From an uncultured Hormoscilla sp. (GTDB taxonomy: Bacteria; Cyanobacteriota; Cyanobacteriia; Cyanobacteriales; Desertifilaceae), in NCBI GenBank assembly GCA_963921275.4, contig OZ001293.3, forward strand, positions 4,608,001 through 4,672,000: DNA of 64,000 nucleotides, read 5' to 3'. The translations under genes were made by a program, and so were the position numbers. The notes beneath the pieces are model-generated. The model did no database searches. It worked only from the letters and a program-made list of their open reading frames with translations, and was not told where the DNA came from. Shown here in pieces: positions 44,224-56,430 of the stretch. The stretch's first letter is position 1. Each line of letters starts with the position of its first letter.

Positions 44224-45117
44224 GGCGTGTCATCAGTTAAGCCAAACAACAGTAGCAGCCAGGTAGATAGCACTCAAGAAATTCTGAGCCCTCTTATCGT
44301 AACGGGTGGCAATGGCTCGATATTGCTTGAGTTTGGCAAAAAAATTCTCAATCAAATGGTGTGCTTTGTATAGATATTTGTCATAACGGCGTTGTTCTTT
44401 TCGATTGGATTTAGGCGGAATCACAGGTTCGCATTGCTGGGCTTCAAGACGTTTCAAAACCCGTTCGTCAGCATCAGAAGCTTTGTCTGCGAGTAACGCA
44501 TCAGCCTTAATATTATCAAGTAACACATCAGCCCCTTCCAAATCGTGAGCTTGACCGGCTGTTAAATGAAAACCCGTTGGGTTCCCCAATGCGTCACAGG
44601 TCGCGTGAATTTTGGTACTCAAACCCCCTTTACGGCGTCCGATGGCTTGGTCGCAATCTTTTTTTTTGAGCACCTGCACTATGTTGATGAGCCCTTTATA
44701 TCGTGGCATCAATCATCGCATATTCGTTATCGGCATCGGACGCAAGTACCTTGAATACTCTTTCCCATACCCCGGATTTTGACCACCTACTATGGCGCGT
44801 ATGAATTACCCTCAAGTCCCCAAATCGCTCGGGTAAGTCCCGCCAAGGTATCCCAGCTCTATATCGATACAAGACAGCATAGACAAATAAGCGGTTATCC
44901 TTAGCTGTCCCCCCCACATAACCCTCCCGACCTGGCAATAGGTCCCTGATTCTCTCCCACTGGTCATCTCTTAAAGCATAGCGACGCATTTCTCAAATTC
45001 TCCTGCTCTAACCTTTACCCTCTTAGATCACACCAATATATCCTGGTTGTCAACTCAATCATCTGGTTATATATTTTTGGTGGGGACCCATATCGTTAAT
45101 CTAACTGATGACACGCC
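44224..45117 (-). mobile_element. IS5-family (IS427-like, two-ORF) element, transposase inactivated
   Basis: 16-bp IR GGCGTGTCATCAGTTA flanked by CTAG; GIPWRDLPERFG, GGLSTKIH, IENFFAKLKQYR; A-run frameshift site and TAA at 44696. Confidence 0.9.
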
Positions 45118-45634
45118 CTAGAATCTCTCGGCATTAATATTATTACCACAGAGTCAGAAGTTAACCGCAAAGATGTCCTGCAACTGCTACGGGAAATACA
45201 ATATTACCAGCGCAGTCGCCGCATTCGTCAAGGACATGCCCGCAACCGCCTGCAAGGTAAACCGCCACCGGGTAAAGTACCCTACGGATACAAGCGGGGT
45301 AAAAATAGCTATGCGATCGATTGGGCGGCGGCGCCAGTAGTGAAGGATTTTTTTGCACAATTTCTGCTGTATGGTTCTTTGCGGGGTGCGGTGCGCTATT
45401 TGGAGAAGAGATATGGCAAGAAGATATCGGTTTCTACAGGACGGCGGTGGCTGACTAACCCCGTGTATCGGGGGATACGGCTTTCCGAGATGGTGAGATT
45501 ATCTCGGATACCCATGTAGCAATTATTTTACGAGAAGAGGCGGCCCAGGTAGACAGAATCTTGCGTCGCAACCGCCTCCTGCCACCTCGGACTGCTAGTG
45601 TACCCCGTTCTTTGGCGGGTTTGGTGGTCTGCGG
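45118..45634 (+). pseudogene. cyanobacterial serine-recombinase family fragment
   Basis: RSRRIRQGHARNRL..PPPGKVPYGY...FLLYGSLRGAVRYL...WLTNPVYRG. Confidence 0.75.
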
Positions 45635-45760
45635 GACGATATCTACACTACTGGTACTACTGTAGGCGAAGCCGCTCGTGTCTTGCGCCGTCAGGGAATT
45701 TCCGTCTATGGCGTAGTCGCGATCGCCACCACCAAGAAATCTCCCGGTAGTGGGTCATAA
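45635..45760 (+). pseudogene. comF: C-terminal remnant of a ComF phosphoribosyltransferase-like protein
   Basis: DDIYTTGTTVGEAARVLRRQG. Confidence 0.7.
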
Positions 45761-46163
45761 GTAGTGATTTTAGCCTCTGGAGCCTAGAGAGGGCGGACTC
45801 AAGAGAGCATCCGATCGCGTAGGCGTAGCCGTGTGTGCGCAGCGCAATCGTCCATTTGGTCGAATTGGCACCTGCCGGGAAGATCGGGCTAGACCCAACA
45901 GCGATGTCTGAGAGGTTTTTGCGATTTATGCGCTACGCGCACGCTACGCAGACGCTCGCGTAGCATCCCGATTTTTCCGGAACGGCAGACATCGAAAGCT
46001 AAATTAGCTACCAATTATTATCTCCCCACTCCTCGGGGTTGAGGGTTGGGGGTTGATGATATGAGTGATTCCCGAATCGAAGTAAATTAGGGGGGGCCGA
46101 GCTGCGGGAACCGCAAGATTTGACGGCCACAAAGAGTCCCCTGCAATGCTGCGGTGCTGAGCT

Positions 46164-47993
46164 CTAGGTCGGTAGGAGAGGAGTGCTATTCTGATCGCTC
46201 ACGTAAATCTTTGAAATCCCCTGCAGGGTAGCCAGGGTTTCCCCTTCAAAGTTAATCCAGGTATCGAGGCCCTGAGAACCTCCTGCTAGCGCATTCGCAT
46301 CCATATAATCTTCAAAGTCTATGATAGTACCCATCATGTCCGACTCCAGAACAAAAATATTGGCCTCTGATCCTTCGTAGAGACGATCGCTTCCATGGTT
46401 TCCGTAGACGCGATCTCTTCCCTCCCCGCCGATCAGAGTGTCCTCCTCCTCCTTCTCAAAGAGTGATAAAGTTAGGGGTTGGGGGTTGAAAGTTAGGGGT
46501 TGACGAGTATTGCTGAAGTTAAGGTCAGTAGGAGACTCGGCAACATTGTTCACATTAATAATCAAAGCCTCCGAGTAACTGGCCCCAGTAACGTCAATAG
46601 TCTGAACGCGGATACTGTAACTCGACCTCATCTCCAAAGCCGGAGAACTATTAATTAGCAATTGGTCCCCTACTATAGTGAAAGCAGCGTTATCATCGTC
46701 ATTAAAACCCGAGATTAACCGGTAGGTAAAAGTATTTCCCCCGTCCGGATCGCTAGTTCCGAAAGTCCCCACGATCGCACCCACACGGGAATTAGAATTA
46801 ATGCTGCCATTACTAAGAACTATATCAGTAGGAGACTCGGCAACATTGTTCACATTAATAATCAAAGCCTCCAAGTAACTAGCCCCAGTAGAGTCAGTAG
46901 TCTGGACTAATATCCTGTAACTCGACTGAATCTCAAAGTCCGGAACATCATTAATTCGCAGTTGGTCCCCCACTATAGTGAAAGCAGCATTATCATCGTC
47001 ATTAAAACCCGAGACTAACTGGTAAGTAAAAGTATCTCCATTATCGGGATCGCTAGTAGACAAAGTCCCCACAACTGCACCCTCAGGGGAATCTTCATTG
47101 ATGCTGCTGCTGCTAAGGACTAGGTCGGTAGGAGACTCGCCGACATCGTTGACGTTAATAATCAAGACCTCCGAGTAACTGGCCCCAGTTGAGTCAGTAG
47201 TCTGGACTAATATCCTGTAACTCGACTGAATCTCAAAGTCCGGAACACCATTAATTCGCAGTTGGTCCCCCACTATAGTGAAAGCAGCATTATCATCGTC
47301 ACCGTCGCCCGAGACTAACTGGTAAGTAAAAGTATCTCCATTATCGGGATCGCTAGTAGACAAAGTCCCCACAACTGCACCCTCAGGGGAATCTTCATTG
47401 ATGCTGCTGCTGCTAAGGACTAGGTCGGTAGGAGACTCGCCGACATCGTTGACGTTAATAATCAAGACCTCCGAGTAACTGGCCCCAGTTGAGTCAGTAG
47501 TCTGGACGCGGAGGCTGTAACTGGACTGAGTCTCAAAGTCAGGGGAACTGTTAATTCGCAGTTGGTTCCCTACTATGGTGAAGGCATTGTTGCCCGAGAC
47601 AAGCATGTAGGTAAAGCTATCTCCCTCGTCGGGGTCAGTAGTTCCGAAAGTCACCACGACAGTATTGGCTGGGGAGTTTTCGTTGATATTGATGCTGCTG
47701 CTAAGAATTATATCAGTAGGAGAAGAATTCTCTGCTTCATCAATAACATTAATAGTCAAGACCTCCTCAAAACTATTACCAGCAGAGTCAGTAGTCTGGA
47801 CGCGGAGGCTGTAACTGGACTGAGTCTCAAAGTCCAAAGAACTGTTAGTTAGCAGTTGGTCCCCTACTATAGTAAAGGCATTGTTGCCCGAGACAAGCAT
47901 GTAGGTAAAGCTATCTCCCTCGTCAGGGTCGGTAGTAGACAAAGTCCCTACGACTGCACCCAATGGAGAATTTTCGTTGATGCTGCTGCTGCT
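46164..47993 (-). pseudogene. cadherin-repeat surface protein with RTX-like tail, 5'-truncated
   Basis: ~300-bp repeats (SPTDL-LS...TSDPD-GDTFTY...PDFE-QSSY); DTLIGGEGRD; ORF begins mid-repeat. Confidence 0.82.
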
Positions 47994-48072
47994 CGCCTGG
48001 GTCGAGGGAGACCAGCTCGACCTAAAAGTGGCTCTGTGAAAGGGTTTGATGCCATTTTACGCCTATTTTTTC

Positions 48073-48669
48073 TCAAAGTCCCGCTATTACCTCGTGAGCA
48101 AAACTTGCCCAGCGGACAAACTCAAATGGTCCGGCTATCGAACCCCACAGCCGTTCGTTTGTTTTCGGGTCGCGCCCCCTGTCCAGACTGATAAGTTTCT
48201 GTTCGTCAACTTCAAATTCACTGTCGAGATAGCTAGTTTTACCTTCGCGAACCACGATGCAAGCTTTTCCTGGTTCTACCTGGGCTTTGAAACTTTGACC
48301 TGTCCATTCTACCAAGAAGTTACAGCCCGAGAGTTTCTCTAGTTGGTTGGCGGTTAGGGCTGACAGGCTATCGCGATCGCGGCAAGCCCCGTAAAACTTC
48401 TTTTCCTCTTTAATCTTATAGTTTTCCAGTTCAATGCTTTCTCCTGTATTGACGAATTTCAACACTCGGGTCCGATAGGGTTGTTTGAGCATGATATCAT
48501 AGGCTTGTTCTAGATACAAACTCACTCCGTCTAACAATTCTAGGGGCAAAGGACGCATGCAAACGCGAATGTGGGCAAACAATGGAGGATTTTCAAAGGC
48601 TTGCTCTTGGTTGCTGAAGTCGGCTGCCATCCAGCGAGCTAGGGTGGTAATATCGGTAGAATGAGTCAT
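48073..48669 (-). CDS. cpcT: CpcT/CpeT phycobilin lyase
   Basis: MTHSTDITTLARWMAADFSNQEQAFENPPLFAHIRVCMRPLP, SLDRGRDP, WGS. Confidence 0.92.
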   Translation of the reverse strand: MTHSTDITTLARWMAADFSNQEQAFENPPLFAHIRVCMRPLPLELLDGVSLYLEQAYDIMLKQPYRTRVLKFVNTGESIELENYKIKEEKKFYGACRDRDSLSALTANQLEKLSGCNFLVEWTGQSFKAQVEPGKACIVVREGKTSYLDSEFEVDEQKLISLDRGRDPKTNERLWGSIAGPFEFVRWASFAHEVIAGL

Positions 48670-48725
48670 GTCAGTTATGAATTGTAAATTGTCAGTTGTA
48701 AATTGTAAATTGTCAGTTGTAAATT

Positions 48726-48920
48726 ATGAATGATATTGAACGCATGCAGTTTTCTTTGACGAGGCTTTCCGTTGGAGATGCATTTGGGGAAACGCTTTCT
48801 CGGCTTTCGTCGCTTTTATGGAGACTGGAACTCCGCGAGGCTCCTCTACCGCCTTGGCATTATACTGATGATACGGAAATGTCTCTCTCGATCGTGGAAG
48901 CTCTTTGCCGTTGCTCTCAG
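48726..48920 (+). pseudogene. ADP-ribosylglycohydrolase N-terminal fragment, cut by an IS
   Basis: LSVGDAFG, WHYTDDTEM. Confidence 0.75.
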
Positions 48921-50489
48921 GGCTACCAACTTAAGTCGGGAGCACGGCGCTCGGTTTGAGCATTCAAGCCACGTGAGGTATGATGGAGACCAGATAAATA
49001 ACCATTGCGCCCTTCCACCCCTGAAGAGGTGGGTTGATATTTTGAACAGATCCATTGTGCCCACTCTACCCACAGAAGAGCGTGCTGCCGCCTCCAGTTG
49101 TTGAGTGAGGGGATGGGCTTCCGCACTTGCTTGGGATGCAGCCTCCTGATAGCCTGAGAAGAGTTCGCAATGTTTAGTTTTATCTGCCTGTTGATGCCAA
49201 TAGACCCAGGGTAACAGGCATCTCTTAACCCACTGTTGCAACTTGATCTCGTCAGTTTTGGCATTAAGTGCTTGGTTGACCCAGGGCCACCAACCATGAA
49301 GGCCGAAGGCATTGGAGAAAATTTCCTGAGGGAAGGTGTCAATCGCGGTTTGGGCCTTTTGGAGGCCGAAGCACGCTCGCCAGGGAACGTCGCTGTTCGG
49401 TGGGGAGAGTGCAGACTTTTTGATAGATCCTGCCATAATTGCCAGTCTTCAGTAGTGATGTTGAACAGATGAATCCCCTGAGTGATGGCATGAAGAGCTT
49501 GATGGTACGTCGAAAGGTACTCCCTTTATAGTTGCTGCTGTATAGTTAGCTGCTCCAGCTCCCTCTGAAGTTTGGCACCCTTAAGTTGTTCCCTCGTCTT
49601 CGCCAATTGTTCAGTCAGTTGGGAATATTGTTTTTTCCGTTGACTGGACTGACGACCAATGGCACGGCCCAGAGGTTGACCTAAGGCTCCCAGGGCATGA
49701 AACAGGTCAGCTACACTGGCACAACTCAAGCCTTCTAGAGCCAGTTTGATGAGTGCTTTGGCTCCATCACCGACCATGAAGTGACAGTGCCATCCCCCTT
49801 GTGTCCAGCATGATTGAATCTGCTCACTCCAGCTATTGTCGGTGCGCTCGCTGCATTCAACCTCTGTGAAAATGTAGCCACGCCCTCAATTCCATCATTA
49901 CCAAAATGGGTACACATGAGAATGTTTTGTCTCCCCCCACACAGATGCCTTGACCCTCAGACGGCTGACACTTGGAGGCTTGGGCATTCCCGTAAGCAAT
50001 AATTCTCTCCCTCATCTGTTTCTCCAGGCTGGGCAAGGTAGTTGGGGAACAGGCCACAGGACGCGACAACGGAAGGGCAAATAAAAATTCCCATAGACAG
50101 GAGCGCCCCAATCCCTTGTTTGATGCCAAAATAATAGATCACCCCATAGACAAATAGCTTTAACCAGGCCCCTCCCACCTCAGTATTCCACCAGGATGAT
50201 TCACCGATGTTGATCTCGACGGGCAATGGCTTGTTTATGCCGCCAGACGCTGCTTTTAGATAGACCGGTTAACGAGCGCAATCCCTAGTCAAGCTTTTGA
50301 CAGTCTCTCTCTGGATAGATTAAAAGACAGCTGTCCAGGGTTGTCCTATAGTAAGACTCATCGTTCCCGAGAAGAATATCTACAAGGGATAGGATACCAA
50401 ACCCTGTGACCTGTCCCAGGGTTCTTGGCAATTGTGCTTTTTTCTACCCTCTCCTGACTTAATTTATGTCCCGCTTTACGCTGATAGCC
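48921..50489 (-). mobile_element. degenerate IS with DUF6399-like transposase
   Basis: IRs GGCTACCAACTTAAGTCGGGA / GGCTATCAGCGTAAAGCGGGA; fragments SSGVEGRNGYLS, DGAKALIKLA, DLFHAL. Confidence 0.7.
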
Positions 50490-50492
50490 GGC

Positions 50493-51977
50493 GGGTATCA
50501 ACTTAAGCCGGGAAAACTAGAGTAGATAAGGCTTGTGGCTGATGTGCTTTTTTTGACTATTAAATTTAATGGAGATCATTCATGCTCGCCACAAGCCAAT
50601 CAAACACCAAGGGAAAAGATTGCTCAAAGAGACGTTCCGCAGCAGTGGAACCATCCGCGGGTCGTAAGTCGAAATTGTGAATAATAGTCAGAGGGGCTAA
50701 AAGACATCTCCAAAAATAAAACCCTTGTCAGCTCTGGGTTTTAAGCTCTACCTCCCATGCTCACATATGTTACTCAAACGGCAGAATCTGGGTTTGATAG
50801 ATTTCCTGTTAATAAAGAGATCCAAAGGTGGTACTGGTTAATCTCGAGTTTTTCAGAGCTATCAACAGATTCTAATACTTCTAAAATTCGCGCAATCTAA
50901 CCAATCCAACTTTTGTCGAAATTACCGATTCATATTTATCAATATTTAACCGAAATCGCTCGCTGGCAACCCGGAAAATTTTTACCAATCTTATGACGTG
51001 TTCAACGAAAACGGGAAGAAAAATCTCTATTTTCTTCTTTTTGTTTAGCTGTTAATTACTGTTTTTTCGGTTTGAGGAGTTTTGAGGTTCTCCAATGTAG
51101 GCTTTATCCCCTGCAAAAATTTGATCTGGATCGAAAACGACGCTCGCAAGATTTATATCGCTTGCTGGGCCTCTTTCTCCAGATACAACATCGACAAGAT
51201 CTGCACGCTTCGCTACCAGGTAAAACATTGATTTTTCAAAGTATTTCTTCTTACCTGAGTAAAACTTTTTCTGCTCTTCATAGTCTTTAAGTCTTGGTAT
51301 GGCTTGCGCTATCGACTATCAACTCATATTCTGTGTTTGGATAAATATTCTTCATCTTCTCCATTTTTTTTGTTCAAGTAAACGGCAAAGCGGAAAAGAT
51401 CTTGCCAATAATTAAAAATATCATTAGCTTTCACCCAAAAAGTATACCTAATACTTGGAATGTTAATCCTTGACACATCAAATTTAAAATAATTTGCTCT
51501 TCTACTAATAATTTAGGTTTCGCCCCCACGACATATCAATCTAGTTTTGTGTTCTCCCACCTTTTCTTTATGATTTTTATCCAAATTTTTAGTAATTGCA
51601 ATAAGTTGTATTAAGTTTTCATAGCTGATACCGATGAGCCGTTTTGCTTCTTTAGGCTTGGCTTGCAAATATGTCCAGGTAATACTCGTCACAAAATTAA
51701 ATTTTCAAATCTTATTATAGCATAAATTTCTATTTTGGAGATGTCTAATGGAATTGACCGGTAGCTTCGGCAAGTCAAGCTTTTGACACCCTCTTGGAGT
51801 CGGCATTTGGCTACTAATAAACAGCTTTCCGGTATAGTAAGACTCATGGTTCCTGATTTGAAGATTTACTTCGGATACGATACCAATCCCTGTGACTTGT
51901 TGCAGGGATTTTTTTGAGAGAGGATTTTTTTATACATTTAATCTCCGGAGTTTTTGTCCCGCTTTACGCTGATAGCC
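50493..51977 (-). mobile_element. second, internally deleted copy of the DUF6399-like element
   Basis: same IR pair; FDLRPADGSTAAERLF fragment; hosts a nested IS; another end at 61506. Confidence 0.65.
50702..51746 (-). mobile_element. degenerate IS5-family (ISL2-like) element
   Basis: 14-bp IR AGACATCTCCAAAA; fragments such as AKRLIGISYE in broken frames. Confidence 0.7.
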
Positions 51978-52200
51978 ATTTTGACTTGTGGATGATCTGC
52001 TGATATTTAAAGCTTTTAGGAGCTCGTCACAAAGAACAAAAATTGTTGTTATCATATCTTCCATAATTTACCTTCGAGGGCAATTAACTATTATTTTAAT
52101 ACATTATAACCTATAAACAACCAACTCCCCGTATAGCATAAAAAAAATATTTTCTGTATCAGAGACTACAAAAACCATAAATATCCGTTCAACGAAACTA
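51978..52200 (-). mobile_element. IS982 5' remnant
   Basis: similar to 10650-10860. Confidence 0.75.
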
Positions 52201-52496
52201 ATACCGGTAATTTTACTCCTTATAGTCTGTCAAAAACAACACAACAACATTAATGACCAAGGCATCTACAAAAGGATTATAACTGACCAGATACAGGGAT
52301 TGCCTTACGCCAGTGGGGGATTACTTGTAGAGTATAAAACTCACCTAAATTTCTAAAGCTAGCAACCTAGAAAAGCAATTGCAATGGTCATCACTTTCCT
52401 CAAACTCATTCTTGAACGGCATAATTTTTCACCGAGCCTGGTTATTGAAGTCAACAGCGGTTGCTGCTGCCAGTAGTATTCTCTCATTTTGGCACT

Positions 52497-52624
52497 CACC
52501 TGCTTACATGCATGGATTGTGAACCAAAGTTCTCCTTAGTAAAAGAGAATGATAATGATTATCATAATTGACCCAAGGGGACAGCTTTTCTCCTCTACTC
52601 TATCAACTACTTTTGACCACACCC
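52497..52624. repeat. 128-bp inverted duplicate (probable IS end) containing a Fur-box-like motif
   Basis: reverse complement of 59556-59683 with 2 mismatches. Confidence 0.9.
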
Positions 52625-53146
52625 GTTCCCTTGTTCGTATTTCTAATGGCATACATCGAAAGAACTTCCCACTGTCCAGTTAAGGATCTGGACAGTGGGA
52701 AGTTCTTTGGGGAACTGCTCAAGCATGGAAGCGGGTTTGGGCCCGATGGACCAACCATGAGCAATTCGCGGGCTCCTAAAGGCTGTAAGCCTTTAGGAGC
52801 CCGGGGTTCAGCTTTAGAATAGGTCCTATTTCAGAGAACTTCGCATTCTCCAGTAAGGATATTAAGAGTTAATAATGATTGGCAATCCTATTGGTTAAAT
52901 TTGAGCCAAGAAAATTCGTCCCTTACCCAAGCCGTCTAACAATTATTGAGAGACTCTCACCTTCTCGACATCAGTTTTCTGCCATTATAGCGCTCTGAAC
53001 ATATATAAATCTCGGGCGTCAATATTGCCAGATGTTCACCGGCGATATTGAGGCTCTGTCCTACCAACTACTTTTGACCATATCACCGGCTCCTGATTAA
53101 CTGTCACTGATCATTACACCCACTGCTGACGGCATTACTAGTATTT

Positions 53147-54316
53147 TTACCCTTGCATAAATTTAGCGATTTTCTCCACAGCCGCTTCTAAAATTGATGG
53201 TTCATGCACCAAGGCAAAACGCACATACCCTTCCCCCGCCTTGCCAAAACCTGCACCTGGGGCGGCCGCCACTCCTGTTGCCGCCACTAGCTGAGTGCAG
53301 AATTTGATAGAATCTTCCGTCCAAGGAGCGGGCAGTGGAGCCCACACATACATTGTCGCGGCTGGGATAGGCACATCCCAGCCGATGCCGTGCATTCCCT
53401 GCACAAAGGCATCTCTACGCCTGCGGAAATTTTCTACAGTTACCCGTACTGCATCTTGGGGGCCACTCAAAGCTGCGATCGCCCCATTTAATATCCCCCG
53501 ATACTGGTTAAAATCTATTACAGCCTTCACTTGTCTCAAGGCCCGTATTAACCAAGCATTCCCGATCGCATAGCCAATTCTAAAGCCCCCCATGCTATAG
53601 GACTTAGACATGCTAAAAAACTCGATCGAAATGCTTTTATCCCGGTCTGCTTGTAAAATCGATGGATGCAAACTGCCATCAAATACCAGATCGCCATAGG
53701 GGAAATCATGTACCAGGACCAGGTCATGACGGCGACAGAAATCCACAGCTGATTGAAAGAAAGACAAAGGCGCAGTTGCCGCAGTCGGATTATGAGGATA
53801 GCTGAGTACCATCATCCGCGACTGGGCCAAAACCAATGGCGGGATCTCGGCAAACATGGGCAAAAAATCATTTTCTGCCCGTAGCGGCATCGGGTAAACT
53901 TGTCCGCTAGCCAGGTAGACACCTCCTGCATGGGAAGGGTAACCTGGGTCTTGTAGCAGGGCAAAATCTCCCGGATTGAGTATTGCTAAAGGTAAATGGC
54001 CTGTCCCTTCCTGGGAGCCGATCAGCGTCAGTACCTCTGCTTCTGGGTCTACCGGAATGCCGAATTTCCGAGTATACCAGAACGCTGCCGCTTGACGGAA
54101 TAACTTTGTCCTCTGAAATAGCAGATATCCGTGGGTACTGGCGTCAGATAGAGCAGATGCGATCGGGGCGATCGCATCTGCTGGCGCTGGTAAGTCAGAA
54201 GAGCCTAGAGATAAATCTATCACCTGCCTGCCAGCTGCTGCTGCTGTTGCCTTTGCCGAGTCCATATCCGCAAATACGTTAGCTTTTAGGGGTTGTAAAC
54301 GTTCTGCAAATTGCAT
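53147..54316 (-). CDS. PLP-dependent class I/II aminotransferase (LL-DAP aminotransferase-like)
   Basis: GSQEG, YPHNPT, HDFPY, FSMSKSYSMGGFRIG, GEGYVRFAL. Confidence 0.88.
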   Translation of the reverse strand: MQFAERLQPLKANVFADMDSAKATAAAAGRQVIDLSLGSSDLPAPADAIAPIASALSDASTHGYLLFQRTKLFRQAAAFWYTRKFGIPVDPEAEVLTLIGSQEGTGHLPLAILNPGDFALLQDPGYPSHAGGVYLASGQVYPMPLRAENDFLPMFAEIPPLVLAQSRMMVLSYPHNPTAATAPLSFFQSAVDFCRRHDLVLVHDFPYGDLVFDGSLHPSILQADRDKSISIEFFSMSKSYSMGGFRIGYAIGNAWLIRALRQVKAVIDFNQYRGILNGAIAALSGPQDAVRVTVENFRRRRDAFVQGMHGIGWDVPIPAATMYVWAPLPAPWTEDSIKFCTQLVAATGVAAAPGAGFGKAGEGYVRFALVHEPSILEAAVEKIAKFMQG

Positions 54317-54348
54317 TATTTTTCCCTTGCTAATAGCTCATTCCATTC

Positions 54349-54681
54349 TCACTCATTTACCAGATGCCTTTCCAGAAAGTCCATTAGTTTCTGTTTGGTA
54401 ATAGCACCCTCATGCTCAGCTATCACCCGACCATTCTGAAATAATCTCAGACCCGGAACCCCTTCTACTTTATACTTCTTTACGGATGTCCGATTAGCAT
54501 CCACTTCCATCTTCACTACCTTGAGGCGCGAGTCGTAATGGCTAGCTGCCCAGTCTATCGATGGAGACACCAAGCGACAAGGTCCGCACCAAGTAGCCCA
54601 AAAGTACACTAATACTGGTGCAGTTGCTTTGATAACCTCAGTTTCAAACTTACTATCGGAAATTGCTTTGACGCCGATCAT
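54349..54681 (-). CDS. thioredoxin
   Basis: WCGPC active site. Confidence 0.93.
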   Translation of the reverse strand: MIGVKAISDSKFETEVIKATAPVLVYFWATWCGPCRLVSPSIDWAASHYDSRLKVVKMEVDANRTSVKKYKVEGVPGLRLFQNGRVIAEHEGAITKQKLMDFLERHLVNE

Positions 54682-54849
54682 CAGACCCAATCATCATTAA
54701 TTAGCCATTACTAGTTTAACCTGCTTTAAGCGCAATCTTAATAATCTGGTTTGTCTCTCGTACCCATCACCGTAAATAGGCATTTTTCCCCACCCGGGCC
54801 GGATTGGGAGGGGAAAGGAGGCTGCCAAAGGGTTGAACTGCATAGGTAT

Positions 54850-55608
54850 TTACATTTTATCCAGTTCCCGACGCAGCTGCGACAACTCATCAGCATCATC
54901 GCTGGGGGAGGATGACGCCTCAGCAGCTAGCAGCTGTCCTGAGGATAGGGAAGGGCTGCCTATCTGAGCTTTCATCTGAGCCAATTCCTCATCGACATCG
55001 CTGCCTCCGAGAGCGGCAAATTTGCTCTCCAGCTGAGAGCCAGCTAGTTCCCCTGTCGCCCCAGCACGAGCTTCTATTTGCAAGACCTTTTCTTCCATGC
55101 GATCGAAGGCAGCTGCGGCGCTGGACGTGCCGATCTTACCCACCGTTTCTTGCAGTTGCTCTTGAGCCTTGGCAGCTTGCAGCCGGGCTTTGAGCATGTC
55201 TTTTTTGGTCTTGGCTTCCGATATCTTAGCTTCTAGGGCCAGCAGGTTGCGCTTGAGATTGTCTACATGCTGATTTTGTTGTTTCAACTGCCCTTTGAGG
55301 GTAGTGGCTGTCTCTACATGAGTCTTTTTGCGTTGCAGCGCTTCCCGAGCCAGATTTTCATCACCTTTTTGTAGAGCTAGCTGAGCCCGCTGATGCCAGG
55401 TGTTGACTTGCTCTTGAGCCTGCGAGTATTGTTGCCCAAAGCGTTTTTGGCTGGCGATCGCACTGGCCACGGCCTGACGCAGCTGCACTAGCTCTTCCTG
55501 CATTTCCAGTAGAGACTGTTCTAGCAACTTTTCGGGATCTTCAGCTTTGCTGACCAGATCGTTGATATTTGCCTTGATTACTCGGCTAAGGCGGTCGAAT
55601 AATCCCAT
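54850..55608 (-). CDS. vipp1: PspA/IM30 protein Vipp1
   Basis: MGLFDRLSRVIKANINDLVSKAEDPEK plus the Vipp1-type C-terminal extension. Confidence 0.92.
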   Translation of the reverse strand: MGLFDRLSRVIKANINDLVSKAEDPEKLLEQSLLEMQEELVQLRQAVASAIASQKRFGQQYSQAQEQVNTWHQRAQLALQKGDENLAREALQRKKTHVETATTLKGQLKQQNQHVDNLKRNLLALEAKISEAKTKKDMLKARLQAAKAQEQLQETVGKIGTSSAAAAFDRMEEKVLQIEARAGATGELAGSQLESKFAALGGSDVDEELAQMKAQIGSPSLSSGQLLAAEASSSPSDDADELSQLRRELDKM

Positions 55609-55830
55609 AGTTCTGTTTTTCCTTTCGGTTGTAGTATAAATTATCAGCTTGGCTTGAGCATAGGGAGGCCCGATTTTTCCGGAACGGTGCGCCCCGCCTG
55701 CTATGTGAAATCAGATTGATATCTCTGCTTTATTCTTAGCACATTAGGAAGGTTCAGCACCTGAGATTGATTGTCCACTTGCTATTTTCTCCCTCTCAGC
55801 GGGTTCCGTCCATGCCCAACACTTGAGCTT

Positions 55831-56430
55831 TCAGGGACATTCCCGGTCTACATCACTACTGGCTCCCAGGGCAGTTCCCATACCCGTCCTTAGTTCGGCC
55901 CTAGCTTCCGACTGGTGGACTTGCTCTTCCATCCGTTCCCAGAGCGACCTGGAAGCACTAGAATTAAGATTGCCCATGATTTCATGGATTTGCAAAGAGG
56001 CTTTGGCAGAGCGAGCCCGGGCAATATACAAATCCTTTTTGGCTTGCACCCGATCGCGCTGCGTGGCGCAGCCATGCAATTTTCTGTTCCAAGGCTTGCA
56101 AGCCCTGCCTCAGCTTACCGACTACTGTAGTTTGCTCTCCCATTTGCTGGCCCAGCGCCCGTGCTGTTTCACTGTAGGGTTGCCATCGCGCCCAAGCTTG
56201 ACGAGCAAGCATTTCATCCCCTTGCACTAGGGCTGCCTGGGCCCTCACACGGTCAGCAGTAGTTTCCCCTTGCAAGCATTTTCTTTCTACACCCTTTTGG
56301 GTGGCGATCGCCTGAGCCACGGCCTGCCGCAGAAGAATCAAAAATTTTTGCATATTCATCACCATCTGGGACAGTACCTTTCTGGTTCTTGGGCCTCTGC
56401 CACCAGACCATTAAAATTGGCACTTATCCC
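55831..56430 (-). pseudogene. pspA: second PspA/IM30 paralog, frameshifted
   Basis: LRQAVAQAIATQK and KKDLYIARARSAKAS in different frames; GC-rich insert near 56051-56078. Confidence 0.8.
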
